DNA of 64,000 bases, taken from IMG/VR virus record IMGVR_UViG_3300038829_000263, positions 79,220-143,219 of that record. One strand, 5' to 3'. This DNA comes from a virus. Of the stretch, positions 1 to 9,588 are shown one piece after another; within the stretch, counting starts at the first letter, position 1; each line of letters begins with the position of its first letter. Made by a program: the position numbers and the translations under genes. Under the pieces are notes generated by a model. It saw only the letters and a list, made by a program, of their open reading frames with translations, was not told the DNA's origin and did no database searches.

Positions 1-1
1 C

Positions 2-250
2 ACGATCAAGGCCGAGCTCGAGAAGGTCAGGGGGCAGCCCTTGACGCCCGACACGGCGGAGCAGATCACGGCCCTCACCGGGAAGATGCACGACGCCGAC
101 AAGCTGCTGGGCCTCTACGAGGGCCAGGTGCTCGCGCTCCTGTTCGCCTGCGGCTTCGAGCCCAAGGTCGCGAAGACCGTGGACGCGGCGCTCAAGGACG
201 CGGGCCTCGTGCACCTGATGACGACCGTCCCGGCGGGCGTCGGCGCGTGA
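2..250 (+). CDS. Hypothetical protein, 5'-truncated by window edge
   Basis: Frame is open from position 2 to TGA 250; GC3-rich codons; overlaps the next start (GTGA). Confidence 0.7.
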   Translation, partial: TIKAELEKVRGQPLTPDTAEQITALTGKMHDADKLLGLYEGQVLALLFACGFEPKVAKTVDAALKDAGLVHLMTTVPAGVGA

Positions 251-504
251 CCAACCCGGCAGAGACCCTCGCCCGGGAGCAACTCCGGCAGGAGGTCGAG
301 GCCGAGGTCCGTCAGGAGATCAACCTGGAGGCCGCAAAGGCCGCCTGGGCGGAGCAGAGCAAGCAACGGGAGGCGGCCGCGCGGGCGCGCGTGACCCTCC
401 TCCTGTCGGCCACGATCTTCCTGCTCGTGCTCCTGCCGATCGGGGCGGGCCTGGGGGGCCTCTCCATCCGCGTGTTCCGCTACGCGGCCGGCTGGGGGTG
501 GTAA
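247..504 (+). CDS. Small membrane protein (coiled coil plus C-terminal TM helix)
   Basis: VTLLLSATIFLLVLLPIGAGLGGL hydrophobic segment; coupled to the upstream gene. Confidence 0.75.
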   Translation: MTNPAETLAREQLRQEVEAEVRQEINLEAAKAAWAEQSKQREAAARARVTLLLSATIFLLVLLPIGAGLGGLSIRVFRYAAGWGW

Positions 505-698
505 GAGAACGGCGAGGGTCGCAACCTCGGGCGCGGCCAGTCACCGTGCTCGCTGTCGGGATCGCGAAGTCCCGTGACCGCGCGGCCAGCCCAGGCTTGA
601 CCTCCTGGGCTTCGACCGCGCGGTGGCCTGTACGTGCAGAGGGCCCCGTCGCTCCACACAAGCGGCGGGGCCCTCTCCATCGGGGTGAAGGATGGGTT

Positions 699-1085
699 CT
701 AGCGGAGGACGCTGCTCTGGCCGCCCACGGTCCCGTCCGAGGTCGCGGGCTTGTACCAGACGGCCCAGGTCTCGTCCGCGTGGTTCACGCCGTCGAGGTT
801 CGTGATGCGCGCCTTGCCGGCGTTCGGCCCCGACCTGAGGAAGCTGTACTCGACGCCCACGGCCTTGACGGGGGTCAGCTCCCAGGCGCGGGTGGCGGTC
901 ACGTAGGACACGACGAGGATCGGGTCCCCGAGGGCCGGGTTCGCCAGGTCGACGAAGCCGGCGATGGCGGGACCCACCACGAGCTCGAGCACGGGCGAGT
1001 CGGCGTCGGTCTGCACCCGGGGGGCCAGGTCCGCGACGGGCCAGGTGCGACCGACGTCGGGAGCGTTCGAGAGCTGCTGAGCCAT
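699..1085 (-). CDS. Hypothetical protein, 128 aa
   Basis: ATG with AAGGAG RBS on the minus strand; normal globular composition. Confidence 0.75.
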   Translation of the reverse strand: MAQQLSNAPDVGRTWPVADLAPRVQTDADSPVLELVVGPAIAGFVDLANPALGDPILVVSYVTATRAWELTPVKAVGVEYSFLRSGPNAGKARITNLDGVNHADETWAVWYKPATSDGTVGGQSSVLR

Positions 1086-1205
1086 GTCGGACTCCTTGGG
1101 TGGGCTTTCCGCCGGCAGTTTAGCACCGGCGCCCAGGGCCGCACGATACCTCGTCCTGGTCGTGAACTAGGATAAGGCCGCGCGGCCTTCTAATATCGGG
1201 GGACC

Positions 1206-3440
1206 ATGACGCCCACCGCAGAGCAACTGGCCATCGCGGCCCACCCCGGCGGCCCGGCGCTAGTCGTCGCCGGTGCTGGAGCCGCCAAGACGACGAGCCT
1301 CCTCCTGCTCGTCCGGCGCCTGATCCAGGAGCGGCGGTTCGCGCCCTCCCGGATCCTGATGACGACGTTCTCTAAGCGGGGCGCCTCAGACATGGGCCGA
1401 CGCGCCGTCCCCCTCTGCGTCCCGCATGGGGTCGAGTACCGCACGCTCAACTCCGTCGGTTACATGCTCGTCAGGGGCCAGCCTGGCGAACGGCCGCCCA
1501 CCCGGCCCGCGGACTGGCAGCTCAAGCGCGTCGTGCGCGAGGAGCTACGCCGGATCGAGCGCGAGCGCGGCCCCGACTCGGCCGATTCCTTGCCCCGGGA
1601 AAAGGACGTGATCCGGGAGTACCGCCTGGCGAAGGCCGCGCTCATCTGGCCCGAGCCCTGGGTGGCGGCGCACGGGGCCGAGTTCGCCGGCTACGCGGCC
1701 TGGGCCTCCGCGCGCACGCGCGAGCCCCTGGAGCCCGACACGGCGAAGGTCATCGCCGAGTGCTATCAGGCGATCGAGACGACCGGCCGACGCCCCGAGG
1801 ACTTCGGCGTCCAGGCCGGAGAGGACAAGCCAGGGCCTTTCGCCCGCGACATCGGCAACCGCTGGGTGACCTACGACGACCAGCTCGCCATCCCGGCCCG
1901 GTCGATCCTCCGGCGCGCCCCGGAGGACGCGTGGATCTACCCCTGGTACGCGGCCTACTGGCAGGTGCTGTGCGATGAGGTCCAGGACAACAACATCGCG
2001 CAGTGGGTGCTCGTCGAGTACCTCGCGCGCGACCTGAACCTCGTGGTGGTGGGCGACGATGCGCAGTCTATTTTTCGGTTCCGCGGGGCCGCGCCTGTGC
2101 TCATGCGGGAGTTCCTGACGCGCTATCCGCACGCGCGCGTCTACCCCCTGTCGACGAACTTCCGCTCCGACCAGGCCATCCTCGACGTGGCGAACAAGGT
2201 GCTCGAGCATCTGCCTGAGCGCCTCTTCCGCGGCCGCCTGACCGCTGGCCTCCTGCGGCCCCAGGTCTGGCCACCCACCGTGCTCGAGTGGGGGTCTCCA
2301 GGCGACGAGGCCCGTGGCGTCATCTCGGATGTCGAGGCCGCCATCAAGGACGGCACGAACCCCGACGAGATCACCATCCTCTACCGTATCAACGCCCAGA
2401 GCGGGCCGTTCGAGATGGAGTGCATCCGGCGGGGCATCCACTACAAGATCGCCGGGTCGTCGTTCTTCTCCCGGGGGGAGATCAGGGCGGCCCTGGGCTT
2501 CGTGGCCGTGGCCATGGACGAGGAGGACGAGGAGGGCTTCCGCTACTGCTTCGACGTGCCCACGCGCTACCTGGGCGCGAGGTTCCTGGAGGAGAACACG
2601 TGCCTGCGCGCCGTGCGCGCGAACTCCGCGGCGAACAAGCTCGGGCGCTGGAGGCGCGGCGCCGAGGAGCTCGTGCAGGTCGTAGCGCACGTCCGGCGGC
2701 GCTTGGAGGAGCGCGGCGTCGTCGAGGCCCTGCGCTACGTGTTCGAGACAGCCGGCGTTAGGAAGCACTATCGAGAGGAGGGTGCCGATGACGAAGATGA
2801 GACAGACGTGGACGAGGCGTGCACCGTCCTCTTGCACTGTGCAGGCACGCTCCCCGGGGCTGCAGAGCTGGTCAAGTTCGCGCGCGACCTGAGCAAGACG
2901 GCGCATGAGGACCACGAGGGCGCGACCGAGCGGACGCCGCGCATCACGCTCTCCACCGTCCACAAGGCGAAGGGCCTCGAGTGGGACGCGGTCTACGTCG
3001 TCGGCGTCGTGGGCGGCCTGTTCCCCTTCGCGGAGGCCCCGCCCGAGGAGGAGCGCTGCCTGTTCTACGTGGCCGTCACGCGCCCCCGGCGGCGGCTTTA
3101 CGTCTCCCGGACGACGATGGGCGGCGACGGACGCGCGGCGCCGCTCTCATCACTCCTCATCGAGGCGGGGCTCGTCGACCAGGAGGCCGCGCGCGCCCAG
3201 GACGCGGAGCGGCGCACGGCGTCGATCGTCGCCCGCCTGGAGGCTCTGGACGACGAGGAGCGCGGGAAGTTCCTGCGGCTCCTCCGGGACGCGGCCAAGG
3301 GCAACCCGCGGCTGGCGGCTGCGGTCGCGCGCCTTGAGCGCCGGCCGGAGGCGGAGGAGCCCGACTTCGAGGGCGAAGTGGCGGCCGCCCAGGCCATGTC
3401 GTCAGCGGCCGCTCTCGCCGACGACCTGGACGACTTCTAG
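1206..3440 (+). CDS. uvrD: UvrD/PcrA/Rep SF1 DNA helicase
   Basis: Motifs AGAGAAKT (I), DEVQD (II), VGDDAQSIFRFRGA (III), STNFRS (IV), STVHKAKGLEW (V), EERCLFYVAVTR (VI). Confidence 0.95.
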   Translation: MTPTAEQLAIAAHPGGPALVVAGAGAAKTTSLLLLVRRLIQERRFAPSRILMTTFSKRGASDMGRRAVPLCVPHGVEYRTLNSVGYMLVRGQPGERPPTRPADWQLKRVVREELRRIERERGPDSADSLPREKDVIREYRLAKAALIWPEPWVAAHGAEFAGYAAWASARTREPLEPDTAKVIAECYQAIETTGRRPEDFGVQAGEDKPGPFARDIGNRWVTYDDQLAIPARSILRRAPEDAWIYPWYAAYWQVLCDEVQDNNIAQWVLVEYLARDLNLVVVGDDAQSIFRFRGAAPVLMREFLTRYPHARVYPLSTNFRSDQAILDVANKVLEHLPERLFRGRLTAGLLRPQVWPPTVLEWGSPGDEARGVISDVEAAIKDGTNPDEITILYRINAQSGPFEMECIRRGIHYKIAGSSFFSRGEIRAALGFVAVAMDEEDEEGFRYCFDVPTRYLGARFLEENTCLRAVRANSAANKLGRWRRGAEELVQVVAHVRRRLEERGVVEALRYVFETAGVRKHYREEGADDEDETDVDEACTVLLHCAGTLPGAAELVKFARDLSKTAHEDHEGATERTPRITLSTVHKAKGLEWDAVYVVGVVGGLFPFAEAPPEEERCLFYVAVTRPRRRLYVSRTTMGGDGRAAPLSSLLIEAGLVDQEAARAQDAERRTASIVARLEALDDEERGKFLRLLRDAAKGNPRLAAAVARLERRPEAEEPDFEGEVAAAQAMSSAAALADDLDDF

Positions 3441-3450
3441 GATAGGCCGC

Positions 3451-3606
3451 GTGAACTTCGAGCGCGCGTTTCCCTTCGCGGCCTGGTACCTGGAGGCAAC
3501 CGCCGAGGACGTCGTCTCAACCGTGCTCCTCAGCGCGGCGATGGCATGGGTCGCGTGGCCTGGTGTACACGAGTGGTGGGTCAAGATGCGCAGCGGAGAG
3601 CCGTAG
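3451..3606 (+). CDS. Small putative membrane protein
   Basis: GTG start; 51 aa with a hydrophobic helix; fills the gap between genes. Confidence 0.5.
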   Translation: MNFERAFPFAAWYLEATAEDVVSTVLLSAAMAWVAWPGVHEWWVKMRSGEP

Positions 3607-3632
3607 CGGTAGACTGGGCCCCGGAGGCGCGC

Positions 3633-4754
3633 ATGCCGTTCGGATCCGGGTTCCCCGTGGCCTTCGGCGGGGAGGGCGTCGTCCCGCTCTCCGAGCCCCG
3701 CTCGAACGTGGGCGATCCGCCCGTCGGCTTCGACTTCACGACGGACCCGGACGGCCCTCTCCCCGGCGCCTGGGAGTTCTTTGTCCTGGAGGACGACGGG
3801 GCCGGCAACAAGACGACCCAGCCCGAGGCCGACCCGACCTACTACTTCCGCGTGGCCGACGGCCTCGGGTGGTGGCGCTACACGCGGCAGCCGACCATTC
3901 CGGGCCTCGGCGCACCGTTCCAGGAGCGCGGAGCCCTGGCGAGCCCGGTCGGGATCATCCTGGGGCCCTGCTGCGAGCTCGAGCTGGCGCTCCGGCGGCC
4001 GCCCGACCTCCTCGACGGGAAGGCGGACGAGTTCGTCTACGAGGTCATCCTGGGCTTCCAGGGGGACCAGGCCGCGACGAGCTTCTACGGCGCCCGGCTC
4101 CGGGCCAACTGGTCGGGCGGCGTCTGGGCGCCGGCCGTGGCCTTCGACCTCGTGCGCGCGCAGGGGCAGAACCCGGGGCAGCTCGTGGCCTTCACCTTCG
4201 ACCCTGTGAACGTGCCCACCGACGTCTGGCTCGCGGCGCCCCTCTGCGGCCTCAAGCTCAACGTCAGGAACACGCTCTTGCAGGGCTTCTTCAACGACGT
4301 GGCCGTCCTGGAGACCGCTGTCCCTAACACGGGCGGCCGGGTCATCGTCCTGGCCCGGGTCTACAACCGCTTCGGGGCCGCGATCGTGCCTGTCCCCGTC
4401 ATCGCCGGTTTCACGCTCCAGACCCTGCGCGACCTCGTGAGCCTGGGGCCCACGCCCGCGATCCCAGGCCAGTCCGTGCTCGAGGCCGCGCAGCTACCTG
4501 TCGTGCGCCTGCCGATGAACGAGCTAGTCGATGCCGGCTTCTTCAAGCGTGTAGGGGCGCGGGTCTGGCGCTGTGTCGCCGATGTCGAGGTCAACGTCCA
4601 GGGCTTCAAGAACGCCTACCGCGTCGGGGAAGTCCTGCGCCTGGCCGAGCCCGCAGGCGAGAAGGCCCTCACGCAACCCCTTGTCTCGGTCATCGCGGAC
4701 CTGTCGGGCATCCGCGCCGCGCGAGAGCGTGGCGGTCCTGCTGGTACGGCCTGA
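3633..4754 (+). CDS. Hypothetical beta-rich (probable virion) protein
   Basis: GGAGG at 3623 before ATG 3633; strong codon bias. Confidence 0.75.
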   Translation: MPFGSGFPVAFGGEGVVPLSEPRSNVGDPPVGFDFTTDPDGPLPGAWEFFVLEDDGAGNKTTQPEADPTYYFRVADGLGWWRYTRQPTIPGLGAPFQERGALASPVGIILGPCCELELALRRPPDLLDGKADEFVYEVILGFQGDQAATSFYGARLRANWSGGVWAPAVAFDLVRAQGQNPGQLVAFTFDPVNVPTDVWLAAPLCGLKLNVRNTLLQGFFNDVAVLETAVPNTGGRVIVLARVYNRFGAAIVPVPVIAGFTLQTLRDLVSLGPTPAIPGQSVLEAAQLPVVRLPMNELVDAGFFKRVGARVWRCVADVEVNVQGFKNAYRVGEVLRLAEPAGEKALTQPLVSVIADLSGIRAARERGGPAGTA

Positions 4755-4763
4755 TGGAGTCGG

Positions 4764-4792
4764 TGGACAGGCCCTGGAGTACGGAATAGGAT
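4764..4792 (+). promoter_or_regulatory. Sigma70-like promoter TGGACA-N17-TAGGAT
   Basis: Intergenic, 17-nt spacer, upstream of gene 4817. Confidence 0.55.
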
Positions 4793-4816
4793 CGCGAAGC
4801 CGGCGGAGGCCCCGGG

Positions 4817-5935
4817 ATGCCGCTGACGATCTTCGAGATCACGTCGGTCACCCCGCGCGGCGGCGCGGCCGGCACGGTCGTCACGGTCGCCGGAGATAAC
4901 TTCGGCATCGTCACGGGCCAGATCATCATCGACCCCCTGGGCCAGGCCATCGCGGTCGCGGCCACGTCCTGGGTCGACGACGAGATCGTGTTCACCGTCC
5001 CGGCCCTCCCCGTCCAGCTCCTGAACCGCTTCTCCACCATCCGCTTCGTCAAGGCCACGGCCGACGACGCGGCAGAGACGCCGTTCTGGGTCCCGGCCGT
5101 CCCGCCCACGAACACGGGCCAGGACTACCAGTGGCCGAACTTCGAGGCAGGCACGTCCGGCGAGAACGCGGATGACCCGCGCGTCCTGACCGCGGCCGAC
5201 TTCAACCGCGTGTTCGACCAGGCGAAGTCCGGCGGCGCGGGGAGCCTCCCCCCGCTCATCGGCGTCCAGTTCGCGGCCCTGATGGAGAACCCCATCGGCG
5301 TCGCCTCCTGGAACCCGATCACGCAGGACATGATCTTGCCTGCCTTCATGGTCGGCTTGACCCTCGCCGCGGGCTCGGCCTCGCGCGAGCTGGGCGAGAA
5401 CGTCGTGAACCCGACCTTCAACGCCACCTACAACCGCCCGCCCGCCCTGGCGATCCTCACCGACTCCGATGGCTTCCCGGCCCAGATCGTGACGGCCCTC
5501 CCGAACCCCATCACGCGGCCGAACACCTACGTCAAGAGCGCGATCGGCGCGACGACGGTGTTCGACCTGGCCGCCAACGAGACCGGCGGCCCCACGCGCA
5601 ACGCGCAGGTCACGATGACGTGGCTCCCGCGCGTGTTCTTCGGCGTCGGGCCGGCCGGGGGCTTGACCGAGGCCCAGATCGAGGCCCTGGCCGGCAACGC
5701 CCTCGCGGGCTCACGCGCCCGGACCTTCGCCGTCGCCCCAGGGGCAGCGGAGAAGATCTACTACGCCTACCCGACGGCCTTCGGCCTGGGCACGTTCTCG
5801 GTGGGCGGCTTCGCCGGCGGCTTCCTCCCGCCGATCGTCGTCAACGTGACGAACCCCTTCGGCGTCGTCCTCCCCTACTACCTCTACGAGAGCGCGCTCC
5901 TCGGCCTGGGCGCGACCACCGTGGTCGTCACATGA
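4817..5935 (+). CDS. Virion protein with N-terminal IPT/TIG (Ig-like) domain
   Basis: ITSVTPRGGAAGTVVTVAGDNFG...SWVDDEIVFTVP is an IPT/TIG signature. Confidence 0.75.
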   Translation: MPLTIFEITSVTPRGGAAGTVVTVAGDNFGIVTGQIIIDPLGQAIAVAATSWVDDEIVFTVPALPVQLLNRFSTIRFVKATADDAAETPFWVPAVPPTNTGQDYQWPNFEAGTSGENADDPRVLTAADFNRVFDQAKSGGAGSLPPLIGVQFAALMENPIGVASWNPITQDMILPAFMVGLTLAAGSASRELGENVVNPTFNATYNRPPALAILTDSDGFPAQIVTALPNPITRPNTYVKSAIGATTVFDLAANETGGPTRNAQVTMTWLPRVFFGVGPAGGLTEAQIEALAGNALAGSRARTFAVAPGAAEKIYYAYPTAFGLGTFSVGGFAGGFLPPIVVNVTNPFGVVLPYYLYESALLGLGATTVVVT

Positions 5936-6405
5936 CCCAGCCGGGCGACGTCACGGTCATCAACACCCTCGCGATCCAGAACGACGCCCCAGGTCCCATC
6001 GTCCGCGTCGACGAGGCGAAGGGCGGGTTCCACATTCGGGCCGATGTCGCGGCCCGCGACGCGATGCCGACCTACCTGCGCCTGGAGGGCATGCTCTGCT
6101 ACGTCGTCGCGACGGCGCAGTTCTTCCAGCTCGTCGGCGGCATCGCGAACGTCAACTGGCAGCTCGCGGCCTTCGGCGGCGGGTCGGACCTCCAGACGGA
6201 CGTCTTCACGCCCGTGGACGGCCAGGTGGCATTCGTGCTATCCCAGATGCCGGCGAACGCGGACGCGTTGATCTTCCTCGTCAATGGGGTGGGCTACATG
6301 AGGCCGCTAGGGCACCTGACCATCGTGGGGGTGAACCTGACCTGGCTTAACAACCCTTTCACGATGCAGGCGACGGATCAAGTCGCCGCGATCTATCCGG
6401 TGTAG
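5932..6405 (+). CDS. Putative virion/fibre accessory protein
   Basis: ATGA overlap with the upstream stop; ARDAMPTYLRLEGMLCYV and FTPVDGQVAFVLS segments are typical of phage fibre accessory proteins. Confidence 0.65.
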   Translation: MTQPGDVTVINTLAIQNDAPGPIVRVDEAKGGFHIRADVAARDAMPTYLRLEGMLCYVVATAQFFQLVGGIANVNWQLAAFGGGSDLQTDVFTPVDGQVAFVLSQMPANADALIFLVNGVGYMRPLGHLTIVGVNLTWLNNPFTMQATDQVAAIYPV

Positions 6406-6415
6406 GAGCGCAACG

Positions 6416-6613
6416 ATGCCGAGCACGACCTACGAGTACACCCTCGCCAACGGGGTCAAGGTCTACGCCATCCAGGGCGGACCGGCTCTCCCGCTGGCCG
6501 ATGGCTCGAAGAAGCTGCCGGCCGACATCCAGCCCGGGGACAATCTGCGCTGGCTGGCCGACGCGCCGCCCAGCGCCGTGCAGGCGCCCATCGTGACAGG
6601 ATCGGTGGACTAG
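6416..6613 (+). CDS. 65-aa protein resembling one half of a Hint domain
   Basis: AGGAG RBS; YEYTLANG...LADGSKKLPADIQPGDNL. Confidence 0.65.
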   Translation: MPSTTYEYTLANGVKVYAIQGGPALPLADGSKKLPADIQPGDNLRWLADAPPSAVQAPIVTGSVD

Positions 6614-6779
6614 TGGGCCGCGCCTCGCGAACGAAGCGGGAGAGGCGGGCGGCGAGGGCCGTGCCTCGGCTGCGTCCTCCGCCGATTGCGCCACTCGTCG
6701 GGCCGGATGGCCAGCCCCAGGGATTCGTGGTCGTAGATGAGGCCGGCCGGGCTACCGTCATCCCGGCGAGGAGGAAGTA

Positions 6780-8621
6780 GTGGTCGCGCCATCGTTGCTA
6801 GTCGCCAAGATCGGCACAACGCCTCTTCGCGTGTTCAGGATGACGGGAGGGACCACCCTCACGCAGGTCGGCAGCGACGTGACCGGCTTGGCGTATGCCC
6901 CTGCCACCAACCACTGGGGATCTAACCAGGTCGTCGAGTACCGCGGCCGGCTCTACTTCGTCCACACCGGCGCGGGCAGCAACGCGATCGTGTCCAGGTA
7001 CAACCCGGTCACAGATGCCTGGGACATCGTATTCACGTCCCCCAACACGGCCACCGGGCAAGGCTCCGGCAAGCGCACCGGCCTGTTCATCGCCAACTTC
7101 CCCCCGCGGATGTTCTTCTTCGACTTCCAGGACGGGGTGGGAGACCGCCTCTTCTACACCGATGACGGCACCTCGTGGACCTCGGGCGCGACGATCTCGA
7201 CGACCGCCCAACTAGGTCGGGCCGTGTTGTACCGCAACAAGCTGTACATCCCCCGAACGTCGAACGTAATGGACATCGTCGATCCCGCGCTGAATACGAT
7301 CACGCGCATCAGCAACGTTGCTGCCTCCTCCCCGAACTCGGGCGGCATGTGCGTGTTCCGCAACCGCCTCTACCAGGTCGCGCAAGGGGGCTCCTCCGGC
7401 GACGACCAAGTCCTCTACGAGTTCACGGGCGGAGCGTGGGTCTCGCGCGCCACGCTCCTCGCCGTTTCGAGTGGAGCCGGCACCCCGGACGAGTGCTACG
7501 CCTTGGCCCCGATCGGCAACACGAAGATGGTGGCGATCACCATCGGGTCCACGGACGGCACGAACACGACGCGCGGCTCGCGCGCCTTCGACCTTACGCC
7601 GACCGGGCCCACGTCGTTCACCGTGACGGACGTCACGACCCCTGTCATCCCATCCGGCCTGCGCGCCCCGCAGACGGCGACCTCGCAGCGCTGGACGACC
7701 TTCGTGGACAACCAGACGAGCCCCGGGTCCCCTGCCGTGTTCTTCTGGCACCTGAGCAGCGCCACGGCGGGCACGTATTCGTACTACGAGTACGTGGATT
7801 CTTCGACTGAGCTATCGCCGGGTTCGGCTGGGCCCAACCAGGACGTCGTCGTCCCGTACCTGCCCAACGGAGGCGGGGACCGCATCTGGGATGGGTCGGG
7901 ATCCCTCGATGCCATCGCCACGAACGCCGTCGCCTCGCCGACCCTCGGCCACTCGCGGTTGACTGCGCTCTGCTCGGGCGACACGGCCGGGGCGGGCGGC
8001 ATGCGTACGTCGGTGCGCCTGGCGACGATCGCGGCCCTCCCGGCGAACACGCCGGCTGGGGCCGGCGTCGGCAAGACCCTCACCGGGAACGCTAACGGGG
8101 CGCTCTCGGTGGACGGGACAGCGGTGGTCAACGGCGACCGCATCCTCGTGAAGGATGAAGTCGCGGCGGCGAACAACGGCATCTATACGGTGACCGACCA
8201 GGGAAGCGGTGGCGCGCCTTTCATCCTCACGCGCGCGACCGACTTCGACCAGGTCTCCGCGACCGAAGTCGCGGCCGGGGCCTGGGTCCGTGTCACGGCC
8301 GGCGGGACCCTCTCGAACACGTTCTGGCAGATGAACCAGACGGCCACGATCACCATCGAGACGACGGCGCTCACCTGGGCCCAGCTCACGACGAGGTTCC
8401 TGCGCTTCTGGTACTCGCCCAACGAGAACGCGAACCTCGTCCAGGGGACGCTGGGCGGCACTCCTTCGGGCCAGGCCGGACAGCTCACGAGGAACGTGAA
8501 CACGATCGAGGGGGTCATCGCTGACGGGGCGACCACCTTCACGTTCGACTGGAATGCCGGGGGAGACGGGCAGCAGAACGGGGCCCCGGAGGGCGCCGCT
8601 CTACGGATCGGGACGACGTAG
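6780..8621 (+). CDS. Putative receptor-binding/fibre protein: beta-propeller-like N-terminus plus inserted fibre module
   Basis: Repeated blades (VEYRGRLYF, VLYRNKLYI, VFRNRLYQ); SVRLAT...GDRILVKD...NNGIY...LTRATDFD module. Confidence 0.7.
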   Translation: MVAPSLLVAKIGTTPLRVFRMTGGTTLTQVGSDVTGLAYAPATNHWGSNQVVEYRGRLYFVHTGAGSNAIVSRYNPVTDAWDIVFTSPNTATGQGSGKRTGLFIANFPPRMFFFDFQDGVGDRLFYTDDGTSWTSGATISTTAQLGRAVLYRNKLYIPRTSNVMDIVDPALNTITRISNVAASSPNSGGMCVFRNRLYQVAQGGSSGDDQVLYEFTGGAWVSRATLLAVSSGAGTPDECYALAPIGNTKMVAITIGSTDGTNTTRGSRAFDLTPTGPTSFTVTDVTTPVIPSGLRAPQTATSQRWTTFVDNQTSPGSPAVFFWHLSSATAGTYSYYEYVDSSTELSPGSAGPNQDVVVPYLPNGGGDRIWDGSGSLDAIATNAVASPTLGHSRLTALCSGDTAGAGGMRTSVRLATIAALPANTPAGAGVGKTLTGNANGALSVDGTAVVNGDRILVKDEVAAANNGIYTVTDQGSGGAPFILTRATDFDQVSATEVAAGAWVRVTAGGTLSNTFWQMNQTATITIETTALTWAQLTTRFLRFWYSPNENANLVQGTLGGTPSGQAGQLTRNVNTIEGVIADGATTFTFDWNAGGDGQQNGAPEGAALRIGTT

Positions 8622-9588
8622 CAGGGAGAGGGCGTGGCCGACTATCTCGGGCCAATTCAAGCGCTCGGCGTCCCGCTGCCGTCCGGGCAGTACCTGGGGC
8701 CGGCGCAGTTCATCTCGGCCCCCCTCATCGGGGAGCAGTTCCTCGGGCCCATCCAGGCTTTCCCGTGCCCGTTGCTCACCGAGCAATTCCTCGGGCCGGC
8801 GCAGTTCACGACGGTCGCCATCGTGTCCCCGCAGCATCTCTCTCCGATACAATTCTTCTTCCTGGAGGTTCGCGTGGCAGGCATCAAGGGCAAGCAGATC
8901 GCGACAGGGGCCGATGGCATCGCCACCGCGAACCTGGTCGATGGCGTCCTCTCCGCGAACGCGGCCGGCCGGGCCAAGATCGCGACCGGCTTCTTCGACC
9001 TGGCGACCGTGAACGACAAGTTCGCCGCGGCGAGCATCGCGCTCGACCGCCTGGCGGAGGCGGTCATCCAGGCGGACGGCGGCCAGGCGTTCACGGCCGA
9101 CCAGTCGATGGGCGGCTTCAAGCTCACGAACCTGGGCACGCCCACCGGCGCCCTCGACGCCACGAACAAGCAGTACGTCGACGGCGTCGCCTCGGGCATC
9201 GACTGGAAGCAGTCGGTCCGCCTGGCGACCGCCGCTGCCCTGCCGGCGAACACCCCCGCAGGCTCCGGCGTCGGCAAGACCCTCACGGCCAACGCGAACG
9301 GGGCCCTGTCGGTGGATGGCGTCGCCGTCGCCGTCGCTGATCGCGTCCTCGTGAAGAACGAGGCGGCCGGGGCCAACAACGGCATCTACACCGTCACGGC
9401 CACAGGGTCGGCCGGGGCGCCGTACGTGCTGACTCGCGCGACCGACTTCGACCAGGACGCCGAGGTCACGGCCGGCGCCGCCACCTTCGCCACCGAGGGG
9501 AGCACGCAGGCCGACACGGGCTGGGTCCTCATCACGAACGATCCCATCGTGGTCGACACGACGGCCCTCTCGTTCACGCAGTTCACGG
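8010..9588 (+). repeat. Duplicated ~125-codon fibre module (copies at ~8010-8390 and ~9213-9588)
   Basis: Near-identical peptide SVRLATxAALPANTPAGxGVGKTLTxNANGALSVDG...LTRATDFDQ in two adjacent genes. Confidence 0.9.

Noticed and set aside
8010-9588. Diversity-generating retroelement TR/VR pair
   Set aside because: Both copies are coding, differences are mostly synonymous rather than adenine-specific, and there is no reverse transcriptase in the window
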